From an uncultured virus (IMG/VR IMGVR_UViG_3300007900_000103) (taxonomy: Duplodnaviria; Heunggongvirae; Uroviricota; Caudoviricetes): a DNA stretch of 64,000 nucleotides. This document shows, piece after piece, positions 18,656-29,200 of the stretch. The first letter of the stretch is position 1, and every line of letters begins with the position of its first letter. The stretch lies in the IMG/VR virus record IMGVR_UViG_3300007900_000103. One strand, written 5' to 3'. The translations under genes and the position numbers were made by a program. The notes under the pieces were generated by a model that worked only from the letters and a program-made list of their open reading frames with translations, ran no database searches and was not told the DNA's origin.

Positions 18656-19024
18656 ATGGGACATTCCCGTAAACGCCCCTACACCGGCACTACACCAGAT
18701 GGGACTGGTGCGACCTACGTTATTGTTGAGACGTTCCTTGACGATACGAGGATACATGTTGTTGCGAACGGCACAGTCACCTTCACGGTTGACTCGACCG
18801 CTCAGAACATCACGTACGATGCAGCTGCGCAGGCAGCGGTCAATGTCGTGCAGCCATCCGATCCGGGGCGCTACGTTGCTCCGACAGCAGCAGACTGGGA
18901 TAACGAGATTGCAAGCGGAAGTGTTGACGCTTCTGTGGCGATTTCAGACAAGCCGATCTTCGCTGTTCGGATCAACATCACGGCTGGTACTGGCTCGGTA
19001 AGCTACACGATCGCACAAGGATAA
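18656..19024 (+). CDS. putative structural protein
   Basis: 122 aa, AVRINITAGTGSVSYTIAQG C-terminus. Confidence 0.65.
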   Translation: MGHSRKRPYTGTTPDGTGATYVIVETFLDDTRIHVVANGTVTFTVDSTAQNITYDAAAQAAVNVVQPSDPGRYVAPTAADWDNEIASGSVDASVAISDKPIFAVRINITAGTGSVSYTIAQG

Positions 19025-19028
19025 GCTC

Positions 19029-19757
19029 ATGGCGACATCAGGGACGTACATCTTTAATCCCGATCTCGCAGAGCTGGTCGATGAGGCACTGGAACGAGCG
19101 CGGATTGATCCGGCGAACATAACTGCTCGCCACATTCTTTCTGCGCGTCGTTCCATGCGCTTCATGCTGACTGACTGGGCGACCAAGGACTATCACGATT
19201 TCCGTATTCGTACGGACACGCTGACGCTGGTTCAGGGTCAAGCCACTTACGTTGCAGGCACCGACTTCGATCTCGATGTAGGTGGTGTCAATATCGTTGA
19301 CATCATCGACGTTGTGTTGCGACGTGATGGTGTGGATACGCCTGTCGTATTCATGAGTCGTGACGAGTACCTGAATATCCCAGAGAAGACAATCGAAGGA
19401 CGACCCGACCGGGTGTTCATCGACAAGCAGCGTGACGGTATTGAAATGACGCTCTGGACAGTTCCAGAGAACAGTACCGACGAGCTGATCTTCAGTGCAG
19501 TGCGTAAGTTCGAGGACTCGATCACTGCGTCTGACACTGCTGACATCCACGACTACATGTACGACGCATTCGCCTATGGTCTGGCATTCCGTCTGGCAGA
19601 GAAGTTCGCGCCACCGGAGCTGGAGCAGGCGCTGTACGGCAAGGCACAAATCTCATTCAACGATGCCCAGAACGCTGTGCGCGAGCGTGGTGATGTGAGG
19701 ATCGTTCCAACATCGAGTCATCGGCGCAGGAGAGGGAGTGCGAAGTCGTATAGATGA
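19029..19757 (+). CDS. head-to-tail adaptor/connector protein
   Basis: MATSGTY.FN.D..ELVDEALER, SRDEYLNIPEKT.EGRP, GLAFRLA; position after head genes. Confidence 0.75.
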   Translation: MATSGTYIFNPDLAELVDEALERARIDPANITARHILSARRSMRFMLTDWATKDYHDFRIRTDTLTLVQGQATYVAGTDFDLDVGGVNIVDIIDVVLRRDGVDTPVVFMSRDEYLNIPEKTIEGRPDRVFIDKQRDGIEMTLWTVPENSTDELIFSAVRKFEDSITASDTADIHDYMYDAFAYGLAFRLAEKFAPPELEQALYGKAQISFNDAQNAVRERGDVRIVPTSSHRRRRGSAKSYR

Positions 19758-20257
19758 CCAAGCAATATGCCAAGGGTAGGAACGCAATAGCGGAATGCCA
19801 GCGCTCAGGGCAGAAGATGCGCTATCGCGACCTCGTGGAAGACGGTCATGTAGAGGGTCTGCTGGTCCACCCGGACTGGTGGGAGCCGAAGCACCCGCAG
19901 GAGATACCTGTGGTTGTGACCGATCCTGTGGCTCTGTATCGCCCTGCACCAGAGATTTCCATACCAACGGACTCCGGTGATGCTGAAGCGCCGTCTCCAG
20001 CCCCTGTAGCGCCTGTCACGTCGCCTGTGGGCACGATTGCGACCGCAATGAGCGGTGGTGAGACACATATTGTGCCAAACGAGGCTCTGATCTACACGAT
20101 CGGTGACTGGCTCTTCATTGAGCTGGATGGTGGTGGTGCGTGGCATATCTCGCGAATTGCGTCGGAAAGCGACTCACCAACCTTCCGTATCCCATTCACG
20201 ACTCCGTTCGTTGGGGCTGCGGCTATCTCGAACAACTTCTACATTGAGGCTGGCTAA
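19754..20257 (+). CDS. hypothetical virion-module protein
   Basis: YAKGRNAIAECQRSG...WEPKHPQ...DPVALYRPAP; ATGA coupling. Confidence 0.7.
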   Translation: MTKQYAKGRNAIAECQRSGQKMRYRDLVEDGHVEGLLVHPDWWEPKHPQEIPVVVTDPVALYRPAPEISIPTDSGDAEAPSPAPVAPVTSPVGTIATAMSGGETHIVPNEALIYTIGDWLFIELDGGGAWHISRIASESDSPTFRIPFTTPFVGAAAISNNFYIEAG

Positions 20258-20928
20258 TGAGCAACATGACTTATGCCGAACTCGTTGCCAAGCTACAGGC
20301 ATGGGAAGAGGATGATGACCTTGAGTTCCAAGCGTCAATGGACGACATCATCAACCTCGGTGAGATGCGCCTGTGGCGTGATCTCGATCTCGGCATCTTC
20401 ACCAGTGAGGACACGACACCGACCGTGCAGTCCAATGAGCTGGTTGTTAAGCCGGTGGCAGATACTGAGCTGGTGAGCTTCCAGTCCCTGTGGTACGACA
20501 ATGCAGGTACTCGCACCTTCCTCGAACTGCGTTCGCCTGACTGGATCAGGGACTACCAAGACCCGGCAGCAGAGGCAGCGCCAAGATTCTACTGTGAGCT
20601 GGACGAGACCAACTGGGCTGTTGCTCCCATTCCTGATGCCGTGTACACCCTCAACACGAGAGGAACGACGCGACCGACACGTCTTGGTGATGGCACTGGT
20701 GGCACAGCGACAACCACGTGGCTGTCATTGCACCAGAGCGATATGCTCTTCAAGGCGTGTATGGCAGAATCCGAGGGCTTCCTGAAGTCTGATGATCGCA
20801 TTGAGATGTGGAAGACGCAGTACACGGAGTTGCTGCCTGTGGCGAAACGCGAGACGTACACGCTGCTGCAACAACGCTACAACCTGACACCGATGGAAGT
20901 GCCAGCGTCACCGACCAATCAGAGGTAA
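20257..20928 (+). CDS. tail tubular/adaptor-like protein
   Basis: MTYAELV, INLGEMRLWRDL, APIPDAVY, TTWLS motifs. Confidence 0.7.
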   Translation: MSNMTYAELVAKLQAWEEDDDLEFQASMDDIINLGEMRLWRDLDLGIFTSEDTTPTVQSNELVVKPVADTELVSFQSLWYDNAGTRTFLELRSPDWIRDYQDPAAEAAPRFYCELDETNWAVAPIPDAVYTLNTRGTTRPTRLGDGTGGTATTTWLSLHQSDMLFKACMAESEGFLKSDDRIEMWKTQYTELLPVAKRETYTLLQQRYNLTPMEVPASPTNQR

Positions 20929-20931
20929 GAC

Positions 20932-21792
20932 ATGTCAACCACTAGCCCACTTCTCAAGCTGACGTTACAAGCACTGGATGAAAACCCGGATACATGGGGA
21001 ACCATTCTCAATGACAGCGCACTCCAACTTCTGGAGGACGGAATCGCTGGTGCTGCTGATGTCGATATAACGGTCGCGCAGGACTACACGCTCGATGATA
21101 CAGCCGGTGGACCAACAGCAGCCAACGGTGCCCGGTACGCAATCCTTGATCTGAACGGATCGCCCGGTGGCGCACGTAATGTCATCGTGCCAACCCGCAG
21201 CAAGGTGTACTTGGTGGCTAACACCTCAGATGGGGATGTTACCGTTAAGACTGTGGCTGGCACCGGACCCGTTGTGATTGCTGGTGAAGCGCAGTGGGTT
21301 TTCTGTGACGGCACTAACGTGATTGCAGCTTCAGCCGCGACCGCAGTAACCGCAGCTAACGCAACTCTTGCAGCAAACTCAGATGCGCTGATCGGTGTTG
21401 CAGGTGCGGACTTCGCTCAAAAGGCTGTAGCGCAGACTTTCACCAAGGGTCAGGTAACTCAACGCACAGCGGTGACGCTCGACACGGGTAACCTGAATAT
21501 CAACTGTGCGGACAGCAACGCCTTCTACCACTTGACGACTGCTGGTTTCACAATGCCTGCCCCAACAAATGCGACGAACGGTCAGCAGTTCAGCTTACTT
21601 ATCGAGCAGGGTGTTGGGGCACCGCACACAATCACTTTCGCTACTCCAAACATCTACATTGCACAGGGTGGCGCTCCGGTGTTATCAACCACGTTTGGCG
21701 CAATCGACTACCTTGGATTTGAGTATGTCACCGGACTCAGTACTGGTTCTCGGTGGGTCGTTTCAATCATTAAGGACTTGGTGGCTGTTTAA
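20932..21792 (+). CDS. tail/fibre-anchoring structural protein
   Basis: LKLTLQALDENPDTWGTILN, VFCDGTNV motifs, 286 aa. Confidence 0.7.
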   Translation: MSTTSPLLKLTLQALDENPDTWGTILNDSALQLLEDGIAGAADVDITVAQDYTLDDTAGGPTAANGARYAILDLNGSPGGARNVIVPTRSKVYLVANTSDGDVTVKTVAGTGPVVIAGEAQWVFCDGTNVIAASAATAVTAANATLAANSDALIGVAGADFAQKAVAQTFTKGQVTQRTAVTLDTGNLNINCADSNAFYHLTTAGFTMPAPTNATNGQQFSLLIEQGVGAPHTITFATPNIYIAQGGAPVLSTTFGAIDYLGFEYVTGLSTGSRWVVSIIKDLVAV

Positions 21793-22982
21793 TGTGGCGC
21801 ACACCGCTTTCATTGTTTGGCGGCAGCGGGGTCGCTAGTCTCACCTTCACATCCGATACCTACATCGGTGACTTGTTCGCCTATCTAGGCTCTCCTTCCA
21901 TTGCGGTAGAGGTCACCATTACGGCTGACAACGCTGATGTTGCCGCTATCTTTATCAGCTCATCATTTGATCCTGCCAGCACGTTCACGTTTGTGGGAAC
22001 TAATGGTGGTCGCTTCATTGGTGAGGGTGGTGCAGGTGGTGCTGGAGGCGATGATAACGGCGCGACCGGAACAGCTGGCAGTAAGGGCGGCGCTGGTGGC
22101 GCTGCAATCGTATCAGCCCTCAACATCGACATTGATATTGATGACGGCTTTTTGCTCGGTGGTGGTGGTGGCGCTGGTGGTGGTAGCTACGACGCTGGTA
22201 GTGGTGGCACTCCGGGTGGTGGTGGAGGCGGCGGCATTGGCTGGGGTGATGCAGCTGGAGGCGCGGCTGGCGATCCAACCGGCACGCCGATAGCAAGCGC
22301 TGGAACCGCAGGCAGTCAAACAGCAGCCGGTAACGGTGGGTCAGGCGGCACATCTCTTACCAATGATGGTGGTGATGGTGGTGGCTGGGGTCTTGCTGGT
22401 GAATATGGGCAGCACGCCAATCCAACCAATAACCCACTTGGAGTCAATAATTTAAGAGGTAATGGTGGCTCCAGAGGTAGTGGTGGTTCAGCATTCTCAC
22501 CACTAAGTGGAGCGGTTGCTACGTTCACAGGCGCGAAGAGTCAAGCAACCCTGCGAACAGAGAACAGGATTAAGGGCGAAACTGACGGCAACCTCGTTCT
22601 CGGTGATGTGAGCATCTCTGGGTTCCATGTCGGAATCGGTCACGCAAGCGAGACTTATGGCTTTACGTTCGAGACCGATGGAGACCTCACCAAGATCAAC
22701 AGCGACACTGGCAACACAACCACTTCATTCTGGAGCGGCAACGCATTTACTGCGGCTAACTATGAGGTTCGCCTGACCTCTGATACAAAGGCTGGTACGT
22801 GGGATGTTAGCGCCGGTACTGACAATGATTGGCTTCCACTAAGCAGCGGCACTAAGACATGGACATTCGCTACAGCTGCCTCATCACAGAACGCTGGTGC
22901 AATTTACGAAATAAGACGTACTGATGAGACGCTGCCGACTGCTGGCGGCAGACTCAAAGCAGTAGTAGTTTACGAGCCTTAA
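21792..22982 (+). CDS. glycine-rich tail protein (possible polyglycine receptor-binding element)
   Basis: multiple GGGGGAGG runs, 396 aa. Confidence 0.7.
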   Translation: MWRTPLSLFGGSGVASLTFTSDTYIGDLFAYLGSPSIAVEVTITADNADVAAIFISSSFDPASTFTFVGTNGGRFIGEGGAGGAGGDDNGATGTAGSKGGAGGAAIVSALNIDIDIDDGFLLGGGGGAGGGSYDAGSGGTPGGGGGGGIGWGDAAGGAAGDPTGTPIASAGTAGSQTAAGNGGSGGTSLTNDGGDGGGWGLAGEYGQHANPTNNPLGVNNLRGNGGSRGSGGSAFSPLSGAVATFTGAKSQATLRTENRIKGETDGNLVLGDVSISGFHVGIGHASETYGFTFETDGDLTKINSDTGNTTTSFWSGNAFTAANYEVRLTSDTKAGTWDVSAGTDNDWLPLSSGTKTWTFATAASSQNAGAIYEIRRTDETLPTAGGRLKAVVVYEP

Positions 22983-22984
22983 TA

Positions 22985-25900
22985 ATGACAGAGAAGACGG
23001 TCTTCGATTTGCCAATCGGCGCTGGTCAGTACACTGAGCAGTCAGAGCGTGGCGCTGTGGGTCGCTGGTACTCGATGGACAAGGTTCGCTTTCGCAAGGG
23101 GCTGGCTGAGAAGGTCGGTGGTTGGTCTCAGGTTGATCCACAATTTATTGGCACCTGTCGTCGCCTGAAGGATTGGTCATCTCTTGATTCAAAGCGATGG
23201 GTGGCAATTGCTACTGACATCAAGCTGTACTTGTGGCAAGACGGCACCCTGTACGACATCACTCCACTGAGGCGCACTGAGACGCTGGTAGCTCCGTTTG
23301 AGACGTTCACTGGTGAGTCACGTGTGCGCGTCACTGATATAAACAGTGGAGCGCAGGAAGGCGACTACGTGACGTTCTCGAACACTATCGTAGGTGCGTC
23401 CAGTGGACTGACCTTCGATGGTGAGTACGTGATCGACACGATCATCGACCCTGACAACTATGAAATAACCAACGCAGGGACAGCGGCTACTGGTGGCTCT
23501 GGTGAGGGTGGTACAGCAGTTGTCGCTGAGTACCAGATAAGTGCAGGTGCGAACACGGCTGTGACAGCCACAGGCTACGGCACAGGCCCATACGGTCGAG
23601 AGGGCTACGGTAACGCTCGAACAGGCTCAACGCTCGTTCTGGGGATTCGTACGTGGTCTCTGGATACGTGGGGCGAGGACCTTCTCGCCTGTCCACGTGG
23701 TGGAGCTATGTACTGGTGGGATCGCTCCAAGGGCACCGGCACACGAGCAGCACCGTTTGGTGGTGATGCGCCACCCACGAACGAGGCTATGATCGTCTCG
23801 CAGAGAGATCGTCACGTGATTGCTCTGGGAGCCTTCGATTACTTCAATGACAAGTTCGATCCTCTACTGATTCGCTGGTCATCGACTGAGGACCTGAATG
23901 ACTGGGTGCCTACGAGCACCAACACATCAGGCGACCTCAGACTCTACTCAGGGTCCAAAATCGTCACAGGTGTACGCTCACGCCTTGAGACGGTCGTATT
24001 CACTGATGTCAGCGTCCACACCATGCCGTTCTTCGGTGGCTTCGATGTGTTCGGATTGAATACGGTTGGTGAGAATGTCTCGATACTGGGTCCAAATGCC
24101 GCTGTGCCGATCGACGCTCGCGTGGTCTTCATGGCTGAGTCTGACTTCCACATCTACGATGGTATCGTCAAGGTGCTGCCGTGTGATGTGCGCAATCTTG
24201 TGTACGACTACATCAACGTCGATCAGCGTGACAAGGTGTACGGTGGGTTGAACCGTGAGTTCAACGAGGTCTGGTGGTTCTATCCATCGTACGACCCAGA
24301 GGCATGGGTACAGCAAGCATTTGATCTGAGGCTTCCACCGGGTTACGAGCTTGCCAACAACGATCCGATCATTGGTGACCCGTGCTGGGATGATGTTATT
24401 TATCTCGCGAAGTACGAGGGCACTAACGGGCAGACCTCATACACTGAGTTGAAGCAGTCACTCACCCATACGTTCTACGGCAATGCCCAAATATCCACAG
24501 CACAGGCAAACTACGGCTCATCGGCAGTCGTGTTTGATGGTACATCTGACGGCATTCAGGTTAGCAGCCCAACCTCTACACAGCTGCTGAGTACGGACGA
24601 GGTGACGGTTGAGGGTTTTGTCTATCTCAACTCATTACCAGTGGGAGCCGGTACTGACTGGCAGTGGGTCAATCAGGCGAATACGGATGTTAGTAACTTC
24701 GAGGTCAGGTTTGGCAATCTGAACGGAAGTCTCTATCAGATTGAGGCTCGATTTGGATTCGGCAACACACCAGTTGGTGTTATAGCCCCTCCCTCAACAG
24801 GTGCATGGTATTACTTCTCAGCCCAGCGTCGTCTGAACGGTGCCAACTATTACGTCGATATTTTCTTTGGGCTGGCTTCTGGTGGGACCGCTAGTCGGGT
24901 GTCGCAAACCCTGAGCAACAACAACCCATCGAGCAACGTGGCAGGCGTGCCAATCACAATTGGTGCTTGGGATAACGCAAGCACTCAGGTATTCACACAG
25001 GTGCTCGACGGCTATGTAGATGATGTTCGTGTAACCAAGTGTGCGAGGTTTGGCAACGTCTCGTCAGTCACCATCCCATCTGACTACGTAACGGTTGGTG
25101 GCTCACCATCCTCGATCGGTTATTCCTACGGGTTCAACTCGGCTGGCTACACTGAGGTTGCTGCTGTAGCTGATAACAACTACGAGCATGATTACTTACT
25201 AACCAACGACGAGCCGATCCTGACACCCACTGAGAGTGAGTACGCAGTCGAGCTGGATGTGAATCCTCTTATTGGCGCTGGTGTTGGCAGAGCAGGCATC
25301 TGTTTCCTCAGAACTGATCTGAATGGTCAGGGAGAGACGGACGCTGACGATGCTCAGCAGCTGATGTTCGAGCTGAACTATGATGACAACCGGGTGGAGG
25401 TCTGGAAGAAGACAGCAGCCGGTGTAGCGGTGCCTACCAACCAAGGCTCCAACACGGTGGACTTCACGACGCTGACAGGCTCTGCCATGGCGCTTGGCAC
25501 GAAGTACGTCCTGACCGCTCAGTTCAATACACCTACACTGACGCTATACGTGGATGGCGTGCAGGCGTTCCAGTTTGCACTGGACGCAACCGAGCTTACT
25601 CAGTTTGCTTCAGGAACTTTTGGGCTGCATCAAGCACCCGGTACTGTAAACGATCTTTATCGCTTTTATAATATTGCGGCTGGTCCTATTGGTGTGCTTA
25701 CTGCGACTGATTTTGACATCAGTCCGATTGAGGTAAACCGATATGTGATGTTCAATTATGAAGAGGGTTCATGGGCAACCGGCAAGATGGCGCGTACAGC
25801 ATGGGCTGACCGCTCACCATTGTTTGAGAAGCCGTACGCGACTGGTGCTGACGGCTATATTTACGAGCACGAAACAGGCACTGATGCCAACGGTGTCGGC

Positions 25901-26212
25901 ATGGAAAGCCATATTGAGTCGTTCGATATGGAAATACCAAACGCTGGTGAAGAGCTAATGCACGTTGACCAACTCATCCCTGACTTCCTGACGCTCGAAG
26001 GTAGCGTTGATGTGGAACTCACCGGGAGGAAGTACCCAGCTGCTGACAGAATAACCAAAGGTCCGTACACGGTTGATGCGACGACGCGAAAGGTATCAAC
26101 CAGAATACGTGCTCGTCAGGTTGCAATCAGGGTGTCGTCCAACGATACAGGCGACAAGTGGCGCATGGGAGTCTGGAGAGGAAGGGCAGGTCCACACGGT
26201 AGACGAGGATGA
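22985..26212 (+). CDS. tail stabilisation/tubular protein (P22 gp10-like) with inserted LamG-like domains
   Basis: VRFRKG.AEKVGGW, WSLDTWGEDL, DPLLIRWSS.ED, FNEVWWFYPS, ARTAW, IPDF, RARQVAIR; insert at 24290-25735. Confidence 0.8.
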   Translation: MTEKTVFDLPIGAGQYTEQSERGAVGRWYSMDKVRFRKGLAEKVGGWSQVDPQFIGTCRRLKDWSSLDSKRWVAIATDIKLYLWQDGTLYDITPLRRTETLVAPFETFTGESRVRVTDINSGAQEGDYVTFSNTIVGASSGLTFDGEYVIDTIIDPDNYEITNAGTAATGGSGEGGTAVVAEYQISAGANTAVTATGYGTGPYGREGYGNARTGSTLVLGIRTWSLDTWGEDLLACPRGGAMYWWDRSKGTGTRAAPFGGDAPPTNEAMIVSQRDRHVIALGAFDYFNDKFDPLLIRWSSTEDLNDWVPTSTNTSGDLRLYSGSKIVTGVRSRLETVVFTDVSVHTMPFFGGFDVFGLNTVGENVSILGPNAAVPIDARVVFMAESDFHIYDGIVKVLPCDVRNLVYDYINVDQRDKVYGGLNREFNEVWWFYPSYDPEAWVQQAFDLRLPPGYELANNDPIIGDPCWDDVIYLAKYEGTNGQTSYTELKQSLTHTFYGNAQISTAQANYGSSAVVFDGTSDGIQVSSPTSTQLLSTDEVTVEGFVYLNSLPVGAGTDWQWVNQANTDVSNFEVRFGNLNGSLYQIEARFGFGNTPVGVIAPPSTGAWYYFSAQRRLNGANYYVDIFFGLASGGTASRVSQTLSNNNPSSNVAGVPITIGAWDNASTQVFTQVLDGYVDDVRVTKCARFGNVSSVTIPSDYVTVGGSPSSIGYSYGFNSAGYTEVAAVADNNYEHDYLLTNDEPILTPTESEYAVELDVNPLIGAGVGRAGICFLRTDLNGQGETDADDAQQLMFELNYDDNRVEVWKKTAAGVAVPTNQGSNTVDFTTLTGSAMALGTKYVLTAQFNTPTLTLYVDGVQAFQFALDATELTQFASGTFGLHQAPGTVNDLYRFYNIAAGPIGVLTATDFDISPIEVNRYVMFNYEEGSWATGKMARTAWADRSPLFEKPYATGADGYIYEHETGTDANGVGMESHIESFDMEIPNAGEELMHVDQLIPDFLTLEGSVDVELTGRKYPAADRITKGPYTVDATTRKVSTRIRARQVAIRVSSNDTGDKWRMGVWRGRAGPHGRRG

Positions 26213-29200
26213 CGAGACAGAGAGTTGCGCTTCCGTCCTTTCGTGAAGAGGGACCGATAAAGCCGTACGATATGCGGCAGCTCGTCGCTGCGCTTGAGTA
26301 TCGTCTTCAGTCTTTGGAGGATGTCGGCTCAGTTATTCCCAGCACCACGGTTGATGGTGATCTCGACAACCTCTATGCCCCACTGAACCACACACATGTC
26401 GTTGCTGACATCACCGACTTCGATGCGAATGTGCCGTCGAGCATCTTCGATCTGGATGATGTTGACGGCTCTCCAGCTATTGGTGAGACGCTCATCTGGG
26501 ATGGCAATGATTTTGTGCCCGGTACTTCTGGTGGGTCTCACACGCTCGGTTCGCACAGTGATGTGTATATCCCGACACCAAACGATGGTGATGCGCTTAC
26601 CTATGTGAATTCCACTGGTCGATGGGAGTCATTACCGCAGGCAGGTGCCGGTGCAAACACGCTGCTCGATCTTGATGACACCGACATTGCCACACAGAAC
26701 CAGTACGACCTACTGTTCAATGCGGATGGTGAGAACTGGCACACCACTGCGACCGACCTACAGTGGAACCCGGTTGATGATTATCTCCAGCTTGCACTGG
26801 GTCACTCGATCAACTGGAGGAACGCATCTGAGGTAAGTGTAGAGCTGCTTGTTCTCGAAGACGCTGGCTTACAGGCTGACCCCGACATCGGCAGTGTTGT
26901 GATGCTGCTTACAGGCGAGACAGCGGTTGATGGTGCAACCTCAATCACATCAGACATAGGCAACCACACCTTCACCAGCACTGGGGCTGGCACCGCTGAG
27001 GTTAGTACGAATCAGGCGTACTTCGGGACTCGCTCACTCAGGACGCATTACCCAAGCGGAGTTAATTTTGGAATCTGGACTCAAACTGGAACCAGTGCCG
27101 ACTTTGATTTTGCTGGTGGTGATTTCACAATTGAGTTTGATTTCTATTCAGAGGTGCAGTCAGGAACACAGTACCCACTGGTAAGAGGAGGTATTACTGG
27201 TGGGTCCAATCTGAGCTGGTATGTAACTGTCGGCGTTGGTGCCAATATCGACCGAATTGATTTTGCCTACTCAACCAACGGGACTGGCTACACCCTTGCG
27301 GGAACTGCGACTCCCGGCTTTACAGTTGGAGCGTGGTACAGGGTAGCCATTTGTCGTAACGGTGCAGACCTACGCTACTACGTTGAGGGCACTCAGGTTG
27401 GTACAACTAAGAATGTAGGTACGTCTGTATTCTTTGGTGGTAGCGGGTCCCTTGAGATGATTAACAATTCTGGCATCTCAATTTGGTATATGGACAATGT
27501 TCGTATCACCAAGGGAGTTGCTCGATACACTGGTGCGAGCTACACGCTTGATACTGGACCGTATGATGGGTCGTCTGGTTTCTTCTCTGGCTTTGTGGTT
27601 GGTGATCCTGTCTACCCAACACAGATCGACGGACTGACAGCCAAAATCACATCAGCATCGACTGACATTGACGGTACGCTGAATGTTGATGGTGCGGCTG
27701 TTCTACAGGACACGCTGAAGATAAAAGGAATTACAGAGGCTGACAGTTTTGTCCGGCTCGGTGCTGACATAACTACAGCGACACCACCTACCACGGAGAC
27801 ACCAACATCCCAGTTGCAGTTCTGGGACATTGACTATACTGACCAGATTGGTGCGGTCGGTTACTTCGCTGGCAACATCTTTGGGCTTCGCAATGAAATG
27901 TGGAACGGTCCAGCACAGTTCGAGTATCGCGACTCAGCAGGCACCCTGAAGGATTACCTGCAAGCCTACCCAAACGCCAACACCAACATCAAAGCCGTCG
28001 GACAAGTTGACCTTTACGTCAATGATGGAGCACTTGGACTCACTGCAAAGAACGGTGGTGTTGACATCTATGTCAACAACAACCTGAAGGCAGAGTTTGG
28101 CACTCAGGGGCTTGATATACACAGCGCCACTAATGCTGATAATGCAGTCAACATTGTTCGCTTCTCGTGGCTGAACGGCACCGACAGGGGCTTCGTTGGG
28201 TACTCGGCCACAGACGATCTGTACGTGCTCAATCAAGTTACAAACGGTAGTGTAATTATTACCCCTAATGGTACTGGTGTCGTTAATGTGACAGGCGCTG
28301 TTGACCTCGATAGTACGCTGAACGTCGATGGCATCAGCACGCTCAATAACGACCTTGCAATAACCACGACGCTCGATGATGCAACTGGTGACGAGGTTGC
28401 GCTGTCGCTTGACTACACCACCAACAAAGCAACGTCTGGAGCTGACACTGGCTTCCAGATGACCATGACGGATACGCTGAGTCCGGGTGCATCATTGTTT
28501 GCTGATTACCGTCTTGGTGCGGTTACCCTGTTTGATTGGGGTATCGACGGAACCTACAGAATTTACGATGCCACAGGCGCTGACTCAGCTGCGTTTAGTC
28601 ATGATGGTACGGATTTTAATACATCCTTTGTCAACACCACCGACTGGAACCTCAACAACATTACCAATGTAGATATTCATGACGGTGGAGCGCTGCGTCT
28701 ATTCCACACTGACAATACATCCAGCTATACAATGAGTAGAAATGCTGCAACCGTCACTTTTGAGTCATCTGTCACATCAGACAACCTTGAATTTCTTGGT
28801 CACCAACAGATTAGGTTTAATAAGAATACGGCTGGCAACACGCAATTTTTTATAGGCGAGGATTCTACTATTTACGGTAGTAATTCTACGGCGTATCTTG
28901 AGCTATGGGGTGAGCAAAGCTCTACCAAATATGCGTTGCGAATGCAGGTTAATTCGGACACAGCTGTTTTTGCATCAATAGGAGCAGGGGCTATTGATCA
29001 GGTTCTTTTTGGAACAGCTATTTGGGCAAATAATAATATAGAGGTGCATGACGGCAGCTCTCTGGTTATCTATAACAGCACTGATAATGACTCTGCTGAC
29101 TTCAGTCACGATGGTATTGACTTTAATACTGTGTTTACCAACACGACCGACTGGAATGTCACCGGACTCGCAGGCTTTAATGTCGCCAACTACAGCTTCG

